DNA of 64,000 nucleotides from NCBI GenBank assembly GCA_964494475.1, contig CAZBRS010000018.1, positions 26,058-90,057 of the forward strand, written 5' to 3'. The translations under genes were made by a program, and so were the position numbers. The stretch comes from an uncultured Myxococcales bacterium. GTDB taxonomy: Bacteria; Myxococcota_A; UBA9042; CAZBRS01. This document shows positions 57,458 to 64,000 of this stretch, piece by piece. Below the pieces are notes generated by a model. That model did not search any database and had not been told where the DNA came from. It worked only from the letters and a program-made list of their open reading frames with translations. The first letter of the stretch is position 1; each line of letters starts with the position of its first letter.

Positions 57458-57913
57458 ATGACCACTCCCGCCATCCGGGTCCCGAACGAGCACGAAGCCG
57501 AAGAGGCGCAGTCCGCCGTCGAAGTCCTGCGTGCTTTCGTACTCGGCCGGGGGACGCCGCACGTGCGCCTTCTGCCGGAGGATGGGCAGCACGAAATTGA
57601 CGTGCAGATTCCGGCCGAGGCGTTCCAGCTTCTCGTGCGAATCCTCACCCTAATGGCGAATGGCCACGCGGTGTCGGTGTTGGCCCTCCAAACCGAGTTG
57701 ACGACGCAGCAGGCTGCCGAGTTGCTCAACGTCTCCCGCCCCCACGTCGTGAAGCTCCTCTCGGAGGGCGTTATCCCGTTCCGCAAGGTCGGCACGCATC
57801 GCCGGGTGGCACTCGTCGATCTGCTGGCCCACAAGGACCGGGAGGAGCGTCGGACCAAGCAGGCGCTGGACGAACTTGCCGAAGAAGCCCAGAAGCTCGA
57901 CCTCGGGTACTGA
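57458..57913 (+). CDS. Excisionase/MerR-type HTH protein, probable antitoxin of the PIN gene
   Basis: LTTQQAAELLNVSRPHVVKLLSEGVIPFRKVGTHRRV. Confidence 0.65.
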   Translation: MTTPAIRVPNEHEAEEAQSAVEVLRAFVLGRGTPHVRLLPEDGQHEIDVQIPAEAFQLLVRILTLMANGHAVSVLALQTELTTQQAAELLNVSRPHVVKLLSEGVIPFRKVGTHRRVALVDLLAHKDREERRTKQALDELAEEAQKLDLGY

Positions 57914-57920
57914 GCCGCCC

Positions 57921-58493
57921 ATGTCGAAGCTCATCGTCGTCTACGACGCTTGCGTCCTGTATCCCGCGCCGTTGCGGGATTTGTTGATGCGCGTGGCTGG
58001 CGCCGGGCTCGTCCAGGCGAAGTGGAGCGAGGAGATCCTCGAAGAGGTCTTCTCGAACATCCTGCGACAGAGACCCGACCTCGACGCGAGCCGCCTTGCC
58101 CGAACCAGGGAGTTGATGAAGAGCGCCGTGCCGGACTGTCTGGTCGAGGGCTACGAAGGGCTCGCGGACATGGCAGAACTACCCGACCCCGGGGATCGCC
58201 ACGTGCTGGCCGCTGCAGTGCGCGGTGGTGCCCAGGCCATCGTCACGAGCAACCTGAAGGACTTCCCCCGCGCCGCGCTGGAGCCCCTGGGCATCGAGGC
58301 GATTCACCCCGACCGTTTTGTCCTCAACCTGCTCGATCTCCGGGAAGGTGTCGTGCTCCAGTGCCTGCACGAGCAGCGCGCTGCCCTCCGGCATCCGCCG
58401 GTCACGCTGTCCGACCTGATCGCGACGCTCGAGGCGTGTGGCCTGGTCCAGGCCATGGCAGAGGTCCGGATGCTGCTTGGCTCAGGCGCCTGA
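57921..58493 (+). CDS. PIN-domain nuclease
   Basis: VVYDACVLYPAPLRDLLM...DRHVLAAAV...IVTSNLKDF. Confidence 0.75.
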   Translation: MSKLIVVYDACVLYPAPLRDLLMRVAGAGLVQAKWSEEILEEVFSNILRQRPDLDASRLARTRELMKSAVPDCLVEGYEGLADMAELPDPGDRHVLAAAVRGGAQAIVTSNLKDFPRAALEPLGIEAIHPDRFVLNLLDLREGVVLQCLHEQRAALRHPPVTLSDLIATLEACGLVQAMAEVRMLLGSGA

Positions 58494-58497
58494 CACC

Positions 58498-58893
58498 ATG
58501 GACACCATCCTTCGTTGCCACGAGTGCGGGGCCGACATGGTGCGAGCCGTGCGCCCCGACACCGTCGAGTACAAGGGACGCTCGACCGCCATCGAGCAGC
58601 CTGGGTGGTACTGCAAGGGCTGCAAGGAGGTCGTGCTCAGCGGCGACGACATGGCGGTCACCGAGGCCGCGTTCGTCCACCTGAAGGCCGAGGTCGATGG
58701 CATCCTCACGCCCGCCGAGGTCCAGCGCATCCGCAAGAAGCTGGGCCTATCCCAGCGCAAGGCGGGCGCCCTGCTCGGAGGCGGCCCCCGGTCGTTCCAG
58801 AAGTACGAAAGCGGCACCGACTGGGTGACGAAGCCCATGGCCAACCTGCTGCGCCTGCTCGACCGGCACCCGACCATGATCAAGGAACTGTAG
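58498..58893 (+). CDS. MqsA-family antitoxin (Zn-ribbon + HTH), no MqsR partner
   Basis: CHECG...YKGRSTAIEQPGWYCKGCKEVV, then LTPAEVQRIRKKLGLSQRKAGALLGGGPRSFQKYESG. Confidence 0.8.
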   Translation: MDTILRCHECGADMVRAVRPDTVEYKGRSTAIEQPGWYCKGCKEVVLSGDDMAVTEAAFVHLKAEVDGILTPAEVQRIRKKLGLSQRKAGALLGGGPRSFQKYESGTDWVTKPMANLLRLLDRHPTMIKEL

Positions 58894-58927
58894 GCGGCGG
58901 TCGCCGGGCGCACCAAGGGGGGACAAC

Positions 58928-59350
58928 ATGAGGTCGTTCGTGTTCCTGCTGTTCCCGATCTTCGTCATCGCTGCGGCCTGCTCGTCGGAAGACGGCTCCT
59001 CTGGAGCCGACGCCGAAGTCCGAGGCGACGGAATCCCGGTGGATGGTTGTTGCGGCGCTGGTGACACGACGGCCGACGAGACGCCGAGCGCAGGATGCAG
59101 CGGCCTCGGCCAGGGCGAGTGCGAGGCTTCCGACGAGTGCGAGCCGTACCTCGCGTGGCCCGAGGCGGTGGCGTGTGCGTCGGCCGAGCCCTCGGAGTCG
59201 CCGTCGTTCCTGGGCTGCGGTCCTATGCAGGCATGTTCCCAGACATGGACGTGGGCAGCCCCCGAGGCGCAACCCGACGACTGGTACCAGTTCATCAACG
59301 GTTGCCTTCCAGACGGATGGGTCCGGTCGAACCTGTCCCCTTGCGAGTAG
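58928..59350 (+). CDS. Small Cys-rich lipoprotein
   Basis: MRSFVFLLFPIFVIAAAC lipobox, acidic Cys-rich mature part. Confidence 0.55.
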   Translation: MRSFVFLLFPIFVIAAACSSEDGSSGADAEVRGDGIPVDGCCGAGDTTADETPSAGCSGLGQGECEASDECEPYLAWPEAVACASAEPSESPSFLGCGPMQACSQTWTWAAPEAQPDDWYQFINGCLPDGWVRSNLSPCE

Positions 59351-59370
59351 GGCAGCGGCCGGGACGAACC

Positions 59371-59442
59371 GGCGACAACTCGGAGACAACGCCCGCAACC
59401 CATCGGATTTATTGGGCGCCGAACCTTCGGTTCAACGTGTAG
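59371..59442 (+). repeat. Junction block, copy 2 (mosaic), ending in the ychF core
   Basis: The first 25 nt are 20/25 identical to copy 3. The middle CATCGGATT matches the second repeat family. It ends CGGTTCAACGTGTAG. Confidence 0.8.
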
Positions 59443-59570
59443 CTCGCGCGACTCCTCCCGGGAGATCAGGGACTCCGCCGAGGCTCGACCCGAACTTGAC
59501 CGCCGCCTCTGAATTGTCCTGTTGACCGCCGCCATAAATAAGGACATATTGAGCACAGGGGAGGTCGTGG

Positions 59571-59843
59571 ATGCCCTTTGACCTGGACGTGCCGTCGGGG
59601 CTGAAGAAGGCGGGCTGGAAGGTGAAGATTTTCGACAAGGAAGGGCTGGAGCCGCCCCACGTGACCATCCTCCGAGGACCCGACAAGTGGAGGTACGGGC
59701 TTCGCGAGCAACGGCTGTTGGTGCCACCCGGAGGCTCGCCCAGGGACATCCCGGCAGGCGTCTGGGCGGTCATCGAGGGCAACCTCGACCAACTCAATGC
59801 GGCGTGGGATCGGATGTTCCCCACGAACCCCGTTGGAGGCTGA
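59571..59843 (+). CDS. Hypothetical small protein (possibly DUF4160-like)
   Basis: KIFDKEGLEPPHVTIL resembles the PPH-H-V motif of DUF4160. Promoter-like TTGACC-N17-CATATT at 59522-59550. Confidence 0.4.
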   Translation: MPFDLDVPSGLKKAGWKVKIFDKEGLEPPHVTILRGPDKWRYGLREQRLLVPPGGSPRDIPAGVWAVIEGNLDQLNAAWDRMFPTNPVGG

Positions 59844-59844
59844 C

Positions 59845-60636
59845 ATGAGCAACGCCGTCTACGTGCTCGACGACCATCCCCGGAAGCGTGCCGGAAGCAA
59901 GCCGACGCAGCCCGTCTACCTTGATGACGAAGCCGACGTGCGCGATGTCGTGCGGTCGGGGAACGTTCGCGCCTTCTGGATCGCCAGCAACCAGGTCGCG
60001 GTAGGTTGGCTGGTGAAGGCGCTCGGCGAGAGCCCCCGTCGACGGTGGGGAGAGTTCGTGATGCTGAAGCCTGTCTCTCCGTCGATGGCGACGTTGCTCC
60101 AGGACCGATTCGACCGGGTGGTCCTGCCCCTGCAGCGGATACTGCCCCTCGACGAGATCCTCGCCGTCCACGACCGCGCCGACCGCGCCGACTTCTGCAT
60201 CAGCGGTTCGGTCGACCGCGAGTCCGAGACCGTGGTAATGGTCCTGGGCGACCTGTCGGTCCTCGCCGTACCCCTCACGGACTTCGCCCCCTACGCCGAC
60301 GGACCCGTGCCCGACTTCGACGCCTTCGAGATCACGGACCACGGCAGAACCCTGAAGTTCGGAGCCTACGAAGCCTCGGTAGACGCCGTGCTGTACGAAC
60401 GGGATCCGCGCTACCGACGCCGCCTGAAGAAGGCCCGCGCCGAGGAGGACCGGTCGTTCGGTGCCTCGCTCCGCCGCCTGCGGAAGCAGCGCAAGCTACG
60501 CCTCGAAGACTTCGGTGCCCTCGCCAAGACCGTGGCCCGCATCGAACGCGGCGACGTTACCAGCCCCAGGCGCACGACCTTGCAGGGTATCGCCGCGAGG
60601 CTCGGGGTCGAGCCCGACCAAATCCGCGACTTCTGA
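59845..60636 (+). CDS. Hypothetical protein with C-terminal XRE-type HTH
   Basis: ATG 1 nt after the upstream stop. C-terminal FGASLRRLRKQRKLRLEDFGALAKTVARIERGD. Confidence 0.5.
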   Translation: MSNAVYVLDDHPRKRAGSKPTQPVYLDDEADVRDVVRSGNVRAFWIASNQVAVGWLVKALGESPRRRWGEFVMLKPVSPSMATLLQDRFDRVVLPLQRILPLDEILAVHDRADRADFCISGSVDRESETVVMVLGDLSVLAVPLTDFAPYADGPVPDFDAFEITDHGRTLKFGAYEASVDAVLYERDPRYRRRLKKARAEEDRSFGASLRRLRKQRKLRLEDFGALAKTVARIERGDVTSPRRTTLQGIAARLGVEPDQIRDF

Positions 60637-60643
60637 CGTGTCC

Positions 60644-60702
60644 CTCGCATCGGATTCTCGACTGGGGTAAACTGCACTCGAATCTGTTGATCGGTCATCA
60701 TG
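60644..60702 (+). repeat. Leader repeat, copy a
   Basis: CTCGCATCGGATTCTCGACTGGGG...CGAATCTGTTGATCGGTCATCATG. The last 24 nt are identical to copy b. Confidence 0.85.
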
Positions 60703-61014
60703 GCTGTGCTGACGGACCATGCGGGTCTCGCGATTCGGCTGACGGACGAACGCCGAGCGCACATCCTCGAACATCCCGAGATGGTCGGGATGGAAGAGGC
60801 GCTCCTGCGCTGCCTGAGTGAGCCGGACCTCGTCACCGCATCTCGCGTCGATGCCGACGTGGCGATGTACTACCGCTTCCTGCCGACCACGCCGGTCGGC
60901 GCGAAGTTCGTGGTGGTGGTCGTGAAGACGACGCCAGACGATGCGTTTCTGGTAACGGCGTACCTGACCGACAAGGTCAAGACCGGGAGGGTGCTATGGA
61001 GCCGCGAGAGGTGA
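60700..61014 (+). CDS. Small toxin-like protein usually paired with DUF2283
   Basis: IRLTDERRAHILEHPEM...PDLV...FVVVVVK...AFLVTAYLTDKVKTG. A recognisable family, but its name is not certain. Confidence 0.5.
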   Translation: MAVLTDHAGLAIRLTDERRAHILEHPEMVGMEEALLRCLSEPDLVTASRVDADVAMYYRFLPTTPVGAKFVVVVVKTTPDDAFLVTAYLTDKVKTGRVLWSRER

Positions 61015-61217
61015 AGATCTGGTACGACCGCGAGGCGGACTACCTGGAAGTACTGTTCGACAACCGGGTGGGCTTCTACCGCGAAACGTCGAACGACCAC
61101 GTGATGGAGAAGGTCGACGACGAGGGACGCGTGCTGGGCTTCTCGGTGCAGAAGGTCAGCGCCCTCTCCAACCATCCGCTCTCCTTGCTTCTGCCTACTG
61201 TTGTACGCGCAGCATGA
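60996..61217 (+). CDS. DUF2283-domain protein
   Basis: IWYDREADYLEVLFD...VDDEGRVLGFSV. Overlaps the upstream gene by 19 nt. Confidence 0.7.
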   Translation: MEPREVKIWYDREADYLEVLFDNRVGFYRETSNDHVMEKVDDEGRVLGFSVQKVSALSNHPLSLLLPTVVRAA

Positions 61218-61266
61218 CGTTCGGGCTGGCCCCTCGCTTCGTGCGGGAACCAACCTGGGGCGAAAC

Positions 61267-61338
61267 GGTGACAAAACGGGGACAACGCCCCTCAACTCCG
61301 CACGGGGCGCGGGTGCATATACGTCGGTTCAACGTCTG
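61267..61338 (+). repeat. Junction block, copy 3, ending in a degenerate core
   Basis: 60/73 identical, ungapped, to copy 1. The core reads CGGTTCAACGTCTG. Confidence 0.85.
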
Positions 61339-61373
61339 CCGCGCCACCCTGTGAGGCGCTCCGAAGCCTCTCG

Positions 61374-61432
61374 CTCGCATTGGATTTTCTACTGCGGTAG
61401 GCTTCGCCCGAATCTGTTGATCGGTCATCATG
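61374..61432 (+). repeat. Leader repeat, copy b
   Basis: CTCGCATTGGATTTTCTACTGCGG...CGAATCTGTTGATCGGTCATCATG. Confidence 0.85.
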
Positions 61433-61455
61433 ACCTCGAGAACGGAGGCGGAGCG

Positions 61456-62187
61456 GTGACAACTCTCGAACGAGGCGTCCTTCTTGCCGCCTCGATGCTC
61501 CTCGCGTCCGCCTGCTCCGACGACCGACCCATCCCGACGGTCTACCCCCTGCCCGCGCCCTGGGCCGACGTCGACCTCGGCTACCTGCCCTTCGAGTACC
61601 TGCCCGACGGGTGCTCTCAGCGCGCCTCGTACCTGGGGATGGAGTTGGCCGTTCGGGGCGTCGTGACGATCGCCGTCGACGCCGAGACGTGTGACTACGG
61701 GATGGGCCTGCGCGGCCCGTTTGGCGAGCCCTGGCGGCACCACGCGGTGCCGGTGGTGCTGGTCGACGGAGAGCCGGCGCTGCTCGACCCCCTCGCGAGC
61801 CCAGAGCTCCTGACGATCGACGCGTGGCTGGCCGGCTTGACGGACGATCCCGTCCGGGTCTTCCTGACGTCGACGGCCTACCCGACCTCGCATGGGCACG
61901 AGACGACGTGCGGCTCCGTCGAGGCGACCGAGTCGCCCCTGCCCACGACCGTGGCCGGGATGACGCCCTGGCTGCTCGAGAACGTGATGAGCGACTGCGC
62001 CGCGCTGCGGCAGTTCCATCGCGACGCGCCCGTCCACGACCCGGCGCGCGAAGAGCGCCTGATCGTCCGCACGACCGAGCTCGTGCAGCAGATCGAGGCC
62101 CTGGGCCTGTTGGACGAGAGCATGAACCCCGGGCTGATGGACCAGTTGGCCGCGGCGCCCTGGTGCCCCGAGCCCGTACCGAAGTAG
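61456..62187 (+). CDS. Lipoprotein resembling protein-glutamine glutaminase (papain-like fold)
   Basis: GTG start after GGAGG. Lipobox LLASAC. DGCSQRASYLGMEL...PWRHHAVPVVLVDG...LLDP matches the C..RA / W.YHVAP / DPS pattern of protein glutaminases as I recall it. Confidence 0.55.
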   Translation: MTTLERGVLLAASMLLASACSDDRPIPTVYPLPAPWADVDLGYLPFEYLPDGCSQRASYLGMELAVRGVVTIAVDAETCDYGMGLRGPFGEPWRHHAVPVVLVDGEPALLDPLASPELLTIDAWLAGLTDDPVRVFLTSTAYPTSHGHETTCGSVEATESPLPTTVAGMTPWLLENVMSDCAALRQFHRDAPVHDPAREERLIVRTTELVQQIEALGLLDESMNPGLMDQLAAAPWCPEPVPK

Positions 62188-62278
62188 GGTCGCAGAGCGG
62201 CTCGACAACCCGCGACACCTCGGCTACCTTTCTGACCGACCGTTGTGGCGACCCCGAACCCCTTGCGTGAGGCGACCC

Positions 62279-64000
62279 ATGCTGCGATCCCGTTTCCCCC
62301 TCGTGATGACGATCCTGCTGGCCCTGGTGGCCCTGTTCGCGCTCGCCGCGTGCGGCGGCGGAGGAGGCGGCTCCGACGCCTCTTCCGACGTGCCCGCCGA
62401 CATCGCCGGGCCCGACGCGGCCGCCGACGTCGTCGCGCCTGACGCGCCGGCCGACGTGCCGGCCCCGGACGACGAGGCCGAGGTGTCGACCCCGGACGCC
62501 GCCGACGTACCCGATGCCACCGACGTGCCCGACGCCGCCGACGTGGTGGCGCCCTTCGAGCTGGTCCTGAAGGCTCCCCTGCCGACCCCCGCCGACCCGC
62601 TGAAGGACACCGGCGTCGCCTCTTGCTCGGTCTACCAGCAGGAGCGCTGCGAGGGCGGCGCGCGCCAGGTCTGCAACGTCTACGATCCGGGCGCCCAGGC
62701 CTTCGTGGCCGAGCCCGACCCCATGTTCGAGCGCGTGCTGCTCTTCGAGCGCTGGCGCGACTTGTACGGCAAGCCCGACGGCATGACCTCCGAGCGCAGC
62801 TTCACCGAGGCCACGCCTCCGGGCACCCCCGAGGCCGAGTGGGCGGCGGCCGAGCGCTTCCGGTCCCACGACGGCATGGGCGACTCGGGCATCTGGACCG
62901 GCTGGACGGTCATCGGCGACATCCTGCGCTACTCGCAGACCGGCACCGAGGCCGACTACGTGCGCATGGAGCAGGGCGTGCGCACGCTGCTCACCATGTA
63001 CGACGTCTCGGGCGTGCCCGGCTATTTCGTGCGCTACTTCTTCCTGCTGATGCCGCCCGGCGCGCCCAACTCGCCCGATCACGTGTTCCGCTACGAAGGT
63101 CAGATCACGCTCGATCACCACAACCGCGATATCGACCCGGCAGCCCTGGCCAATCTGGCGCCCGTGTACCGCGACGGCATCACCGACGCCGACGGCAAGG
63201 TCTGGAAGGGCCGGCCCATGTGGGAAGGGCGTCCCTCGATCGACCAGAACACCGGGCCCATGAACGCGCTGCCGATGGCGTTCCCCATGCTGCGCGACGA
63301 CACGCTGAAGCAGCGCATCGTCCACCACCTCACGTGCTACCTGAAGCGCCTGCAGCGCATCGAGATCATCAACCTGCAGCAGAACCCCGACCTGCTCGCG
63401 TCCCTCACGCAGTACTTCAACGCCGGCGAGCTCATGCTCGACCCCGGCGACGTCGATCTCACCAAGCTGGACCGCATCGTGGCCTACGTGCAACGCCAGA
63501 TCAACACGACCAACGAGGCCACCTTCGATCGCTCGTGCCCCGCGAACGTGCAGCTCGTGCCCTGGCGCGTCATCGACGCCACCAGCCCGTCGTTCCTCGG
63601 CGAGTTCCTGAAGCTCACTCAAGACATGGACACCAACGGCAAGGGCGCGAACCAGATCGACCACTACTACTTCCCGAACCTGCGCGGCGGCGACACCGTC
63701 CACCTGATGCACCTGGCGGCCATGGCGTGGTGGTTCACGGGCGAGGAGCAGTACCGCTCGTTCCTCGTCGACGAGCTGCTCGGCAACCTGAACGGCCTGG
63801 CCACCATCTTCACGACCGGCGCCTTCGACCAGGACAAGTTCTGCAGTCACTTCTTCGGCGACCAGCTCACCTACGGCTCGTGGTGGGTGCTGCTCTCCAT
63901 GCTGGGCGACTCGCCGCTCAAGACCGAGCTCCAGCAGGCCTTCCACGACGAGATGTGGGAGAAGCTCCTGAAGCAGAAGGGCAACGCCGACTTCTACCTG
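62279..64000 (+). CDS. Lipoprotein, function unknown, 3'-partial
   Basis: Not in the ORF track because it has no stop in the window. Hand translation from ATG 62279 is open to nt 64000. MLRSRFPLVMTILLALVALFALAAC lipobox plus an acidic Pro-rich linker. Confidence 0.65.
   Translation, partial: MLRSRFPLVMTILLALVALFALAACGGGGGGSDASSDVPADIAGPDAAADVVAPDAPADVPAPDDEAEVSTPDAADVPDATDVPDAADVVAPFELVLKAPLPTPADPLKDTGVASCSVYQQERCEGGARQVCNVYDPGAQAFVAEPDPMFERVLLFERWRDLYGKPDGMTSERSFTEATPPGTPEAEWAAAERFRSHDGMGDSGIWTGWTVIGDILRYSQTGTEADYVRMEQGVRTLLTMYDVSGVPGYFVRYFFLLMPPGAPNSPDHVFRYEGQITLDHHNRDIDPAALANLAPVYRDGITDADGKVWKGRPMWEGRPSIDQNTGPMNALPMAFPMLRDDTLKQRIVHHLTCYLKRLQRIEIINLQQNPDLLASLTQYFNAGELMLDPGDVDLTKLDRIVAYVQRQINTTNEATFDRSCPANVQLVPWRVIDATSPSFLGEFLKLTQDMDTNGKGANQIDHYYFPNLRGGDTVHLMHLAAMAWWFTGEEQYRSFLVDELLGNLNGLATIFTTGAFDQDKFCSHFFGDQLTYGSWWVLLSMLGDSPLKTELQQAFHDEMWEKLLKQKGNADFYL

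Noticed and set aside
57296-61338. Classical integron attC sites (GTTCAAC fits RYYYAAC and its complement GTTGAAC fits GTTRRRY)
   Set aside because: I could not find the complementary R'/R'' partner box or the L boxes within 50-140 nt on either side of any copy. No intI-like gene is in the window. The core equals the ychF stop region, which fits att-site duplication better. A covariance-model scan is still worth running.

Overview
About 70% GC bacterial chromosome segment. The style (many lipoproteins with Asp/Ala/Pro-rich linkers, Cys-rich secreted giants, LTD/CotH proteins, an ECF sigma factor, a sigma-54 promoter) suggests Myxococcota or a similar lineage; that is inference only. All calls come from reading the ORF translations and the DNA by eye; no database search was run. 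Left to right: a 5'-partial Cys-rich secreted protein; a translationally coupled chain of two orphan oligopeptide-type ABC ATPases plus an ECF sigma/anti-sigma pair; a sigma-54-driven lipoprotein/OMP/lipoprotein operon; a PHP protein; a six-gene acyl-CoA dehydrogenase/thiolase/DUF35/SCP2/MaoC lipid (sterol-like) side-chain operon. Next comes the most unusual locus (18.9-26.7 kb): divergent operons with four radical-SAM domains, a methyltransferase and a UbiV/UbiU-like U32 pair, with sharp low-GC patches, a frameshifted paralog and a novel shared C-terminal domain. After that: exported Cys-rich and PPDK_N lipoproteins, a PPTase, an Smr protein, a 1533-aa LTD/PA14/PASTA/CotH protein, and an esterase lipoprotein. 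A tRNA-Ala(CGC) is flanked by toxin-antitoxin and Abi modules and gene fragments. Housekeeping genes follow (aminotransferase, nadB, glnA, hybrid histidine kinase, glycosidase-like protein, glutaredoxin-like protein, ychF). The 3' end of ychF is then repeated four times, delimiting three cassettes of TA-like and small genes. Many very long antisense ORFs are high-GC shadow ORFs.
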